A stretch of 63,988 nt of DNA, filler included, from Aduncisulcus paluster (lineage: Eukaryota), in assembly GCA_024181965.1 (NCBI GenBank). It is 9 parts of 9 records of this genome, joined end to end, with 100 filler letters (N's around TTAATTAATTAA, not from the genome) between each part and the next. Parts side by side here need not be neighbours in the genome. Positions count along the whole stretch, not along the records: positions 19,234 to 25,004 come from BQXS01012414.1; positions 25,105 to 31,171 come from BQXS01012415.1; positions 31,272 to 43,409 come from BQXS01012416.1; 6 more parts are not named here. One strand, 5' to 3'. Positions within the stretch are counted from its first letter, which is position 1, and the number at the start of each line of letters is the position of its first letter. Below, in pieces: positions 22,815 through 35,600 of this stretch. Position numbers and translations under genes: made by a program. Below the pieces are notes generated by a model. That model saw nothing but the letters and a program-made list of their open reading frames with translations, did not search any database and had not been told where the DNA came from.

Positions 22815-23264
22815 CTACAACATAGGAGTTGCTTCCTTGATCTTATCACGTCTAATTCTTAAAGCAAGTGAGAGATCTTTATCAAAAACAGTTACACGGT
22901 TGGCATGAAGGGCCAAGAGGTTTGTGTCTTCGAGAAGTTGAACGAGATAAAATTCAGTGGCTTCTTGCAGAGCAGCAAGGGAATCTACAGTGAAACGACA
23001 ATCAGAACGATGAGTTAAAGCAATAGATCTAACCATTCTTTGGAAAGGAGCCTTTGGAACAAGAAGATCTGTGGTACCTTGGAAATGCTTGATCTCACGA
23101 ATAGATTTACGTCCAGGTCTAGTTTTAACACGTTTTACATGGGGACGGGGAACAGTAGTCTTCCTAGCAGCACGCTCAGCAGCAGTACGAGTAGATTTGA
23201 AAGCAAGAGATTTTTTTGGAGCCTTTCCGGAAATTTTACGAGCTGTTTGTTTCGTACGAGCCAT
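22815..23264 (-). CDS. Divergent histone H3 variant
   Basis: MARTKQTARK, RPG...REI..FQ..TDLL..KAPFQR.VR.IA, ALQEA.E.YLV.L.EDTNL.A.HA.RVT...KD..LA.RIR. Confidence 0.93.
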   Translation of the reverse strand: MARTKQTARKISGKAPKKSLAFKSTRTAAERAARKTTVPRPHVKRVKTRPGRKSIREIKHFQGTTDLLVPKAPFQRMVRSIALTHRSDCRFTVDSLAALQEATEFYLVQLLEDTNLLALHANRVTVFDKDLSLALRIRRDKIKEATPML

Positions 23265-23751
23265 TATAAATCTTAGTTTGTATTAGTAATATAATTTTTT
23301 TTAAAATTATTATAATAAGAAGCAATAAAATGGTTTAACAGAATATTAAGCGAGAAAATAATATTAAGGTGACAGAATAAGATATGACTATTTTTAGGTA
23401 TGAGAAAATGAAAAGAGGAGGTAGTCAACGAACAAAATGAACGAATCTGAACGGATCACCCCATCCTTTGCCAACTTCAACTTATACTCTCTAATCTAAC
23501 ACTGAATATCAGAATAAAAATATAATTTGACATTATAATAGCTTTAATTATTAATGTGGTGTGTTGATCATGTAAATATATTAGTATTATGGGAGATAGC
23601 AAGTCTGTTTTTTCTTTTTCAGTTGCACAGGGAAACAGTCATTTTTCGATTCACAAAGAATGCCAATATTTTTAATAATTTCCAAAAGATAATTCATTTA
23701 AAAATTAATTGTGTATTTATTTTCTCCATATATTAATGATATTACCAAGAA

Positions 23752-25004
23752 TCACAAATAGTTGGTGTTTTGATTTCCAATGACACTCATGACACGGACA
23801 CACTCGTCCTCATCTTCATTTCCCCAGAGAGATACTTTCTTGACTCCTTTACGGATCCTGCCACCCCATTTTGAACCCACAGACATTAACCCATCGAGAG
23901 CAGCAATCTTAACTTCAGGTGTGTCTAAAAATAGACGAGTGAGAAGAATAGATAAAGAAGGGGTAAGAGATGACAGAGAAGAGAACTGACTCGATCCAGA
24001 ACCAGTCTCCATTTCCATATCTCTCTTTTCCTTCAAACACATTGCTAAAGTCGTCACACCTTTCATTGCCAAAGGGGCAATCTCTTCCACTTCACAATTC
24101 TCAGCGTATTCCAATACACAAGTAGACAGAGAGGAGAAGAGAGTCGGAGAGAGCTGAGTGGGAGAAAATGAGGAGAAAGAGTCTTGCAATATCTGAATAA
24201 TGAAACAGAATGTCTCCTTCTTGAGTTCATCGGCGCGCTGTCCTTTTAGCACAGCACATAGAACATCAACCAAATCAGAATTAATGCAACTAACTTCGAT
24301 TGAATGCTCGGAAGATGAAGATGAAGATGAAGAGGAAGAGGAAGAGGAAGAAGGGGAGGAAGGAGAAGTCATTGAAGGAGAAGATTGGGAGGAAGCCTGT
24401 TCCTCAGAATGGAGACGTTCAAGTTCAGCCCTTCCTTTCTTTTCTTCCCTCTCGTAGACACTCATGATTCCCTTGAGAACTTGCACCCTCACATTCATAT
24501 CAGTAGCAGAATCCGTCAAGACAGTGCGTAGGCGAAGCAAAAGAGTTGCAGAAGCTTCCGGTGGAAGGTCTTTGACAGCAGCAAGAACAGCGACGGTAGC
24601 AGCCGATGAAATTGCCGGTGATGGATGATCGATAAGTCTGAACAAAACACCAGATCCATCAGCAACCGAGTTTTTCTTCTTCTTCTTACCGGTATCCTTT
24701 GCCTTAGGGTCCTCACATAGCATTGTCACAGCCATAGGATACTTTTCTGTGATGGAACAACATACTGAACACCAAGAGCTCAACTCAACCTCATTGCCAC
24801 CATCAAGGGAGCTTGTAACATGGACCGAGTAACGAGAACAACCCCACGGATCTCAGCCTGAACCAAAAATATCGATATGGGAGTCAATAACTGATGAACA
24901 ACCTCAAGGATGACAGCCCGATCGCTGGGTTCATCGGAGGAGGCAAAATTCTTCTGAGTTCTGTTCATTTGCTTTGGAACAAGATAACTAAGAAGGAATC
25001 CCAT
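23752..25004 (-). CDS. HEAT/ARM-repeat protein, C-terminal part, 5'-partial, frame break near 24780
   Basis: Repeated helical units (DHPSPAISSAA, DMNVRVQVLKGI, PEVKIAALDGL, DECVR). Confidence 0.6.
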
Positions 25005-25915
25005 NNNNNNNNNNNNNNNNNNNNNNNNNNNNNNNNNNNNNNNNNNNNTTAATTAATTAANNNNNNNNNNNNNNNNNNNNNNNNNNNNNNNNNNNNNNNN
25101 NNNNGATTCCCCATAAGTAAATTGTATCACATTACCCCTAGGAAGGTATACCACAGTCGGATCAGAAATCTGATAAAAGATTTAATATCACACAAATTAT
25201 AGTTTATTTGGAAAACAATCTTAATGGAGGTGTTAATTTCGATATTAAATTCGTTTTAGCTTCAAAGACTCCCGAGATACGGAAAATCGATCATGAAAAG
25301 GAAAGAACTAATTACGAACAAAGGTTTAATATAATATTTCTTCATTAAACAATAAGATATAATTATGGATAAAATTTTGTCCGATAAAAATCTTCCGTCG
25401 AGGAGTTAGGTAGTTGGCCTCTTACACGACCAAATATTTTTGAAAATTTTGAAATTCGTCTAAGTTTTTGGAATTTTTGAAAAATGATTTTTGGACCATA
25501 AAATCGAAGAAACAGATCATATAACGGATATAAACGACTCTTGGAGCGCCGTAGTAGATCTCAGTCCGGATGAACAAAGGTTGAGGAAAAGACCTGTTAA
25601 CTCGTGATAAACACTCGATTTAAGAAAGGGAAGTGTTATGGTGTATCATTCAGCTTTATCGTTTTATTCTCAATTCTATTTTTAGACCGTTTATTCCGTT
25701 TCGTTTACAATAAATTGCATTACGGTAACAGAGGGAGCATATCGGGCCAATCCTGTCTCCTGAGGACTCTTATGAATCCAGTTTACAGGTGTTTCCAAAT
25801 TTTCCGATTCACTCGCTCCACAATTCCATTCTCTTGATGGTGTAGTGGAGTGGTGATGATATGTTCGACATTGAGAGCCTCACAGAGGGAGTGAACCAAC
25901 TCATTCTTGTACTGT

Positions 25916-26052
25916 TGTTTTGAACTCGTTACAATTTATTAAAAATATAGGTGGGCCAACGAAGGTCCTAAAAATAGAATGTGAGAATATGTGAAATCAT
26001 ATAAAAATAATAAATAAAATATTAAATAATATTATATACTGCGTATATAACA
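25916..26052. mobile_element. 137-bp solo LTR-like insertion
   Basis: TGTT...AACA termini; 4-bp TSD CTGT at 25912-25915 and 26053-26056; removal restores the integrase GPQY codons. Confidence 0.8.
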
Positions 26053-26102
26053 CTGTGGTCCTGCATCCGTTCGAATACATTTCGGAAGACCATGTCTTGC
26101 GA

Positions 26103-26734
26103 CAGGGCTCCAACATGTGTCACCCACGAAACCACCATTTGTGTCAACCGTGTCAACCACAAAATGCGTCGATGTGTCGCTGGTGTCAACCATAAATAAA
26201 TGATAAATAATACTGTTATTTATGAGGTTAGTAACCTCATTTAAGGGTGATTTTTAATTGTTATTTATTATTATACTATTATATAATATCTTCAATATTA
26301 TAGGAGCCTATCGTGAGCAAAAATAAAGAATTTTTTGGAAATTTCATTCGTGACTGAAAATAGATTTGAGAAATGTATTGAAATATCGCATTAATCTTAT
26401 TTTTACACATATTCACTTCATGTGAAAAAATACTGTAGTAAAATAATATTCTTCTGGTTGGATGCTGTAACAGATAAGAAAATTGAAATTCCCAAAAATC
26501 TAATTTTACGAAGAATGCATATTTATTTTCATTTTAATTACAATTTTAGAAATCGTCATTGATTATATGTTTATTTATGTTTTTTGAAGTCGGAAAATTA
26601 GATAATTTTGAGGAAAAAATCATCTTGAACGCCTTTCAAAAAAGAGATCAATGTGTCAACCGTGTCGCCAAATTTTCTAAATTAGGCAGATGTGTCAACC
26701 GTGTCAACCGAGGTTGACACATGTTGGAGCCCTG
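26103..26734. mobile_element. Non-autonomous hAT element (MITE), 632 bp
   Basis: Perfect 20-bp TIR CAGGGCTCCAACATGTGTCA; 8-bp TSD TCTTGCGA (26095-26102, 26735-26742); subterminal TGTCAACC repeats. Confidence 0.95.
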
Positions 26735-27407
26735 TCTTGCGACAATACAGTTCAAGACCGCATCAGCTGCTTCTTTTCCAGTGGTTGATTCTGCGGGGTA
26801 TAATTCAACGAATTTTGAGAAATTATCAATTATAGCGATAATATACTTTACCGGATTCTCTTCTTCCCATGTAATCGGTCCATGGGAGTCAATACTGATC
26901 TCCTCAAATACTTCCCCTTTTATAATTGTCCCCATCACTGAGGGAGCCAATAACGGATTATTCTTCATATGAAAGATGTTTTTTCGGTTTGCGGCGGGTT
27001 TTTTTGTTGTTGTTTTTTGTTTTAGTGCACGTTTCCCTACTTACTCTTCGTTCTTCTGTGTTGGTGAGGGTCTACGGCTACGCTAAAGTCCTCTCTCTCG
27101 ATGCGCTCCGGAAGTCTATGCACCGTATGTCTTATGAGGATGCTTGCGTTATTCTTAGTACAGTATAGTAAGTATAGTAGTACAGTATAGTAGTAAAGAG
27201 TTTATTAAGATGTTATTGGTGAATCCACCATAAACTACCTAGGGACAGGTCCCCTGGGGTGGGTTTGGTCCTGCCTGGACGGTTCTGTGGAGGCTTTGCT
27301 TCCTCTCTGTCATCTTTGTTCACCTCGTCTCACCGTCACATTCTTGTTCATAGGGAGATAGAGGGTTATTGATGCCAGTTAAGGGCTTAGCATACTTCAT
27401 AAAGATC

Positions 27408-29291
27408 GTCTCATCAGCAAGGTACTATCAGAGAGGGAACAACGCTGGACTATTAATGAGAAAGAGGCGTATGCAGTCAAACACTGCGTTGAAAAATGTG
27501 AACACTATCTCCGTGGTATCGAATTTCTCTTGCAAACTGACCATGCCAATCTGTTATGGATGGCAAAAGCCAAATCAAAAAAAGTTCAGAGATGGTGGAC
27601 TTATCTGGTAGAGTTTAAGTTTGTCATCGAGCACATTAAAGGCTCCAAGAATGCAGTTGCTGATGCTCTAAGTAGAGTAATTGATCTGAAGAAACTTATC
27701 GTAGACTCCTCTGACCTGAAGCTGAAGATCAAAGACAGTCAGAAGAAGAACTTCACTGATAATGAAAAGGAAACGTTTGATCTCTTGGAAGATACGTACG
27801 TTGACAAGCACGAGAGAATGGTGATCCCAAAGCAAGATAGAGACTTGAAGAAACTAGTCTTCGAACGCTTTCACTCGTGTGTAGTGGGACATCATGGGGC
27901 CATGCTTACGCAGTTCAAGATACAGGAAGCGGAAATAACCTGGTCATCTATCGCTGAAGATATAAGAAAGTGGATCAAAGGCTGTCCTACGTGCCAGAAG
28001 ATCAAAGCTGCTCCAAGAAAAAAACCATCAAAGTTCAGATGCTCGCTGGAAGAGCCATTTCACACAATCTGTGTTGATTCTATTGGACCACTACCACAAG
28101 CTAATGATGGAAGTGCACATCTCATAGTCATGGTCGATAGATTCACAAGATGGGTGGAGATAGCACCTGTAACAAGCACAAAATCTGAAGAGGCCGCAAG
28201 AGTAATCATGGAACGGATTGTCTCGCGTTATGGAGTACCGAAGAATATCATCTCAGATGGGGGACCACAATATGCAAACTATCTCATGGATCACATGTGG
28301 GACACATTCGGGAGCAAACATCATGTTACATCTCCAGGCCACTCTAACTCTAATGGAGCAGTAGAAAGAGTGAATCGGGAAGTTAAGAGGCACCTCTTAG
28401 CTCTTTTACATGACATCCTTGAACAGCCGGACTGGCACGTTGCCATTCCAATAATCCAAATCATCATCAACAACACCAGACACACGGCAACCAGATTTAC
28501 CCCTTCAGAAATGCTCTTTGGAAAGCGAGATGTCTCTCCATTGGCAAGAGATTGGACTACTGAAAGGAAAGAGTCAAAGGCGCAACTCCCTCCTCAACAC
28601 ATAAGTGTTGACTCCTATGTGAAGAAGTTAACAGACAACATTCGTGATATCCATGATCAAGCACGCCAATATGAACGAACAGAAGAAGAACGCCCTAAGT
28701 CATCAATTATTACCCCAGGAACGTATGTGTTGATCAAGAGGTATCCTGAACCAAAGAAACTCCAATTTCCATGGGAAGGTCCCTATGTGATAGTCGGGAA
28801 AACTGCCGACGTAGAATACAGAGTTAAATCCCTATTAGGGGCAGTAAGATATGTCCATGAAGCNNNNNNNNNNNNNNNNNNNNGAACGCCCTAAGTCATC
28901 AATTATTACCCCAGGAACGTATGTGTTGATCAAGAGGTATCCTGAACCAAAGAAACTCCAATTTCCATGGGAAGGTCCCTATGTGATAGTCGGGAAAACT
29001 GCCGACGTAGAATACAGAGTTAAATCCCTATTAGGGGCAGTAAGATATGTCCATGAAGCAGACATAAAGGTTCTTGGAGGAGAGATGGACTTGGACAAAG
29101 CGATAGCAAGTCTAGTCCAAGACACGGGCAGACGTCTACCTAAACAAATCATCAAGAAGAAAGGAAGGGGAAGAGGAGAGATGTATGAGGTAGTATGGTA
29201 TGGGTTTCCTGAAGGTAAGACCACATGGGCAAAAAGAGGTGAAATTGAAGGTTCATTAGCCTTCAAGGAATTCATTTCACCAAAACAGTGA
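27408..29291 (+). mobile_element. Ty3/Gypsy pol 3' half: RNase H end, integrase, GPY module, chromodomain
   Basis: EKEAYAV, TDH.NL, NAVADALSR; H..GH.G...CPTC; VDSIGP, SDGG, VERVNRE; WEGPY; YEVVWYGFPEGKTTW; ~175-bp overlap artefact around the gap at 28864-28883. Confidence 0.95.
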
Positions 29292-30281
29292 ATGGACTTT
29301 TAAAATTTTATATTACATTGTTTTCCTTTATTTTATAATCCTTATAATTACTAATTATGCACATAATAATCAATGGTGCTTTCTCTTGTTTTAGTCTGAT
29401 GCAAATGCAGGACGACTTTCTTTATCTTTATAATGGAGCGAAAAACTCATAAAACTAATCGTATTCTAACTTGGTCTTTTAAAAATTCTTATAAGACTTA
29501 TATCTTTTCTATTTTTATTACTTTTATATCAATGTCTTTGAGGGGGCGTTGTGGTCATATTGAAATCAGTAAATTTGCTAGCCCTAGAATTAAAACTTCT
29601 AGATTAACAAATGCAGTGATTTTATTTTTCAACCTTGCAGATTGGCTCCTGAAACATTTATAAATATGGATATATTTCAATTCTAATAAATAAAAATTTA
29701 TTGTAATTTTGCAGCATGCTTATTTTCTTTTTTATTTCATAATCACAGTTTCCAAGATTATTGGATAACTTAGAAATGAAAAATAAATAATCAAAATATT
29801 AATATAATTAAATAAAGATTAAAAACATACCGTTGTTTTGTTCATCAATAATGACATGCAAGAAAATCTTTGCAATTTTCAAAAACAAAAATAAATCAAC
29901 AAATATGGACCCATAATGAAATTAAAGCTAGATAAATTTTATTTTGAAGAGATATTAAGGAAAAAAAGAGGAGGAAAAACGGTATTTTCAATTTTACACA
30001 ATCATTTAAAAAAGTCACGAAAAGACACAGTTTCAATATTGTTGGAAACTTCACGAAAGTTTTTATTTTTAAAACGATTTTGGGCAAATATTTTGTAAAG
30101 AATAGGTCAGTCGCCGAATACCCCAGTATTAATAAATGAAAAAGGTGTTATATATAAATCGGATATGTTTATTCGTAAAATCGCCTGTTAATTCAAAAAT
30201 ATGCCCGGTTACCGTTATCGGCTGGCCGATTACGAAAACCGGCAGGATTAACGAAAACGGTCAAAACAATGTGAAAACCCC

Positions 30282-31171
30282 TTGTTTTATTTGCAAACTA
30301 TAATAATGTCATTTTCAGGAATTATTGATAACCTTGACGACGAGGAAGAATTGTTTGATGGTGTTAGTGGACTAACATCTGATGATCTTAGTGAAGATGA
30401 TGAAGATGAATTCAAGAATGTTAAATGTAGTGCCTTGAGGGACAGATTGGATTTTGATGAAGTTTTTAAACGTTCATTCGGCCTTTCAAAAGACCAGTGT
30501 AGATTGGTGTTCTCTTTTTTAATCCCATTACGTGACGGCCCACAAAGGGGTGCAAGACAGAAGTTCACAGATGAAGAACAAGTCCTCATCACACTTATTA
30601 AACTGAGAAGTGGTTGTGATAGCAGAGCTCTAGCCACAACACTTAAAACGAGTGATACAACGATAAGTCGAATTCTCGGCCTTACAATCTGTATTATGGA
30701 AGAAAAACTTGGGGAAGAATTCATTACTAGGCCTCATTATCATCGGCCAGACATGTCCCCGAGGCAAAGTTGGTAGTTGACGGAACGATCCAAAAATGTT
30801 CCCCATTCGGATGCCGAACGTGGGACGAAAAAAAGAAATGGTATAGTCACAAACACAATGCCTTTGGCATAAAGTCAGAAGTAATAACTGATGTGAAAGG
30901 CATCGCTAGATTTGTCTATGCTGGTTTTGTTGGGTCCATCCATGACAAAACGATGTTTACAGAACATGCTGATATCCTGAGAGAGTATCTCCAGGGCAAT
31001 GCCATTTTAGGGGATATGGCATATAGAGGAATCGATTTAGAACCCTATAGCGTGAAAGTTGTTATATTTGAACACAAAAGTGGACTCAGAGGGGCAGAGA
31101 GGCAAAGGCAGAAGGACATCTCAGCTGACCGAATGATCGTTGAACAATTTTTTGGACGATTGAAAAGATCA
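30282..31171 (+). mobile_element. PIF/Harbinger-like (ISL2EU/IS5-type, DDE_Tnp_4) transposase, frameshift near 30770, 3'-partial
   Basis: HTH: F...FGL....., EQVLITLIKLRSG..LA...S.TTISR; catalytic VDGT, YSHKH, GSIHD, LGDMAY, RMIVEQFFGRLK. Confidence 0.9.
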
Positions 31172-31271
31172 NNNNNNNNNNNNNNNNNNNNNNNNNNNNN
31201 NNNNNNNNNNNNNNNTTAATTAATTAANNNNNNNNNNNNNNNNNNNNNNNNNNNNNNNNNNNNNNNNNNNN

Positions 31272-32599
31272 AATTCACTCTCGTCGCCTTCCACTTGTTC
31301 AACATTCTTCAGCGAAGCCACACTAAACAGCCCAGAACCATCTTCCTTGTATTCAGCCGGAACCAATTCACTGACAACTGCCCTCAATCCGGCATCTACG
31401 ATCACATCTGCACAGAATGACATTCCTGCACTCGCACTCTCAGTTGATACTCTGCACTCTTGCCCATAAGCGCATCCACCATCACATGACACGGAAACTT
31501 CATCCAGCACAGAGGTGCATGTGAACCCAAGTGGGGCCATGGAAGAGTCATCGGGCATGTATGTCGTATAACTATGACTGGAACACACGGCAGTCCACGG
31601 ACCATCGGAACGGTTGGGAACGGGACGAGCACACACAATATCCTCGGAAATGGCATCAATGGTTGAGAACTCATCATCACAGCCACAAATCTGAGAATCA
31701 GCAACAATGGATATTGACGGGGAGTTGACAAATTTGGGGACAAGGTTAGACGCGAGAGGATCAGAAAGATCAGCATCAACGAGACCAGCACAGAGAAGAT
31801 TGCTGGACACATCAAGATAGCCCAGAGTGGGTAAGTGGAATATGGGGGAAATGTCGCTCAAGGAACAGCCAGAGAGGTCGAGATGTGTGAGATTGGAGAG
31901 GTTGGAATCAAGGATAAGCGGTTCAAGCATGTAAATCTCTGAATTATCAGAAAGATTGAGGTGGGTCAGAGTACTGTTGCTACTGGACAAATCAGGAATG
32001 TCTTGCAAATTACAATCAGATAATTCCAATGTTTCCAGGACAGTCATCTTTTTGACAGTTAAATCACAAGAATTATCAAGATTATTTGCAATAAACGTCT
32101 CAAGAGTGTTAATTTGTCCATATTCAGCAAATGAAGAGATATCGGTAATGGAAGTATTTATCATAGATAAATATGACAAATCACACAATCGTTCAGCAAT
32201 TTGAAGTTCAAATTCTTCTTGGGCAATTGATGTTTCATCTATTTTTAGAATCGTTATACACTCAGGGAATATTAACAATGGTTCTGAAGAAGTAGAAATC
32301 AGATTAATGTCATAACAATAGCTTAAATCCAGATAATCCAAAAGATACAAATAAGAAAGATTGGGAAGTTCGGCTATCACTGAAAATGAAACATCAATAT
32401 ATTGTAAATTAATCATTGATGAGAAATTATCAATTGAAGAAAAAGAACCTCCAGCTAAATGAAGTTCGTCAACGAACACAAGATACTCAATACCTGAAAG
32501 ATCAGTAATATCTCCTGAATATGAAGCACAGTCGAGAGAAACATCATCAAGAAGACGCAGAGAAGCAACAGAGTAAGTGTATGTCTGGTCTAACTCGTT
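31272..32599 (-). CDS. Giant LRR/Cys-rich surface protein, distal part (3'-partial)
   Basis: LRRs L..L.LS.N.. and CDGGCAYGQEC module; overlaps the preceding piece across a 20-N gap. Confidence 0.85.
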
Positions 32600-32619
32600 N
32601 NNNNNNNNNNNNNNNNNNN

Positions 32620-35600
32620 GGCTATCACTGAAAATGAAACATCAATATATTGTAAATTAATCATTGATGAGAAATTATCAATTGAAGAAAAAGAACCTCC
32701 AGCTAAATGAAGTTCGTCAACGAACACAAGATACTCAATACCTGAAAGATCAGTAATATCTCCTGAATATGAAGCACAGTCGAGAGAAACATCATCAAGA
32801 AGACGCAGAGAAGCAACAGAGTAAGTGTATGTCTGGTCTAACTCGTTAAAAATAAACTCAGAATACAAATTGGGATCAAAAATATCGTACAATAATTCAC
32901 CAACGCATTTGTGTAAAGCGGAATCAGATACAATTTCTACACATTCGGAACTAAGAGATTCTTCAATGAAAACCTGACACATTGCTCCATATTCACATCC
33001 TCCATAACACGAGATATCACGAGGAATATCGTCACCATTAATCATAAGCTCTGTATAACACGAGAAGGTTCTATTTATAGAATCATCAGTTGTCACAAGA
33101 GAAAATTCAGTGTATGAATTACTGGAACAGACAGGGAACCAATTCCCAGACCCTGGTAACGTTTCAGAACACACGACATTATTAGCAATATTTGGTTCAA
33201 CAAATTCCAACAAATCAGAAGTATTACTATAGCTCTCAGAATTGCAAGGACAGGTCCAAGACTCGGAAGGAGGATCAAAATACACGACTGTTGATCTTTC
33301 TGCATCACCAATAATAAAACATTGATGGTACAGCGTCGATATAATTTCCTCAACATCGCCACAAATAGGATTCATTCTCAAATCCAGTATGAAAAGAGAG
33401 TGAGTAAATAGATATGAAGGATCAGAAATAACATTGCTGTTCGAATAAACTTTCTCAGAAATTTCAGAATAACCCAAATATAGTTCAGTGAGTGGTAAAT
33501 CACGTAAATAGAACAAATCATTATTCACAAATACCGCATTGTTTGCCTTAAGAATGGATAAAGAAGTCAAATATTGCATTTGTTCCTTCTCAGAAATATT
33601 TATACTCGAAATATCAAGGAACGTGAGCACAGTATTTGTTGAATACGTGTCATCGTTTTCATTGTAATATAATGGAGAAAGATCAGTGATTGACGTTGAA
33701 GAAATATGCAATGTGTTCAAAGTTGAAGTTATGGAATAAATGCCACTGAAAGAGCTCAAATAGGGATTCTCAGATACATCAAATTCTTCAATGGCCTCCA
33801 AAGGAATTAGCATTGTTTCACTGAGATCAATAATTGGATCATTCGAACCATTATCTTCACCGAGACCAGTGTTTGAAAAGTCAATAAATTTCAAATAAGG
33901 GTAAGTGGAAGATAAAAATGGGGAATCTGATGAGCTTGTTCCATTTCCTTCTCCCATTCCAAGTATAGAAATCTGAGAAGATCCACTAAAATCAAGAGAT
34001 TCTAAATTTATCTTATACCACACTGGTGTGATGTCGAATAAGAAAGCTTGGTCAGTAATACTGACCTCTTGAGCACTAGTAGTGTGTCGAATTCCTTCAA
34101 TTGAATATTCAAGCACCGAAGCATCTGCCAATTCGTCAGATTCGCAAATAATTTGTTCAAAAGACCTCAATGAAGCGATACTAAGCAATCCTTCAACTTG
34201 ATCAAGGTCATCAATGGAAGAAGAGAGACAAGATCTGAAATATTCGTTGGGAATAATTTCAGAACAGCTTGACAATTCTGTATTAGGATCGTATTTGCAT
34301 TCATACCCATACTCACACCCACCGATACAGTTCAATTCTTCGCTAATTAATGTTTGTGTGCATGTAAATTCAGGGACTGTTGGATTATCAGAATCTGGGA
34401 ATGTGTAATTCGAAGTAATAGAATCCATTGCACACACAGTGTACCAATTGCCCGAATTAGGCGCAGTTTCCATACATACCTTGTTATCGAGCAAAGAAGC
34501 ATCAGCAGTACTGGAAACCTTCACAACAATATCACTGTTATTAAAATTGTCAGAACAATTGCATTCTTGAAATGATCCCATGAAATCATAGAAAGAATAA
34601 TCATCTCCCCATATTTTATAAGGAATGGTATAGGTGGAATCCCCATCACAGATATAATTATACCTCAAATCAAGAATAGTCAGAATATCGGTCAGAGCAT
34701 AAATTGGGGATGGATCTGAGATATAATTAGAAATGAGATTGAGGTATAACCCATTCCTGTCTGAACCATCGATTGGTGTTGGAATAGTAGCAATCATTTG
34801 AGAAACAAGGGGAATAAGATCATAAGATGTAAGTTCAGTTTCAGACATATCAAGAAATTCGATCCGTGCAAAATTAAAATCGTCATTCACAACTGAACTA
34901 ATGTCAAGATTTGTACATCCTTGCAAAGTGAGATGCATGAGATCGGTAGACTCTGTTGGAATGTTTTGGAATGATGATATTGCAGTGTTTGAGAGCTCTA
35001 ACCATTGTAGAGATGGAGGGAAAACATCAATCGAGGCAATATCATAATCAGAGTTGTTAGATAAATTAAGAATTGTCAACTCAGAAAGGAATGAAAAATC
35101 GGGGTAAGGTACTATTTCTTCTTCTTGGCTCTCTTCATTGATCACCGTGATAGTTCCAGTAATTCCAACATCAAAGAGAGACAAAGAAAACAAAGATTCT
35201 GGGAGTGTTGATGCTGATATTTCAGCTTCCATAACACATGGTTCCTCACAATCTGCAGCATTAACCGTCAACCAAGCTAAATTAGTTGCATATTCGAGAC
35301 CTTGGAAGGATGAAACGCAAAAGTCCAGGACAAGATTGGAAAGAGATTCCAAATCAACCAGAGTGACAAAATCAGTTTCAAGGTCTAATGCATTTATGAT
35401 GGCAGTTTCCAGCATATCATCTCCAAACGAAATTTCATTGCAGCTATCACCTCCCAAGTCATCTGCTAAGCAAGTACATTGATTTGTTTCTTCGTCACAA
35501 GTTCCATATTCAGGTCCGGAGCATGTGAGATCATTCTCATCAACAGGACAAATGCTGGAACATGTGGAACCGAACCAACTTCCGTTGGGATAGCACTTGC

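Larger units (their letters stand above)
25740..26985 (-). mobile_element. Ty3/Gypsy integrase core interrupted by two nested insertions
   Basis: Removing the inserts restores IDSHGP...IDNFSKFV...CIVAR-HGLPKCIRTDAGPQ-YKNEL...HHQENGIVERVNR (full D-D-E triad). Confidence 0.92.
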
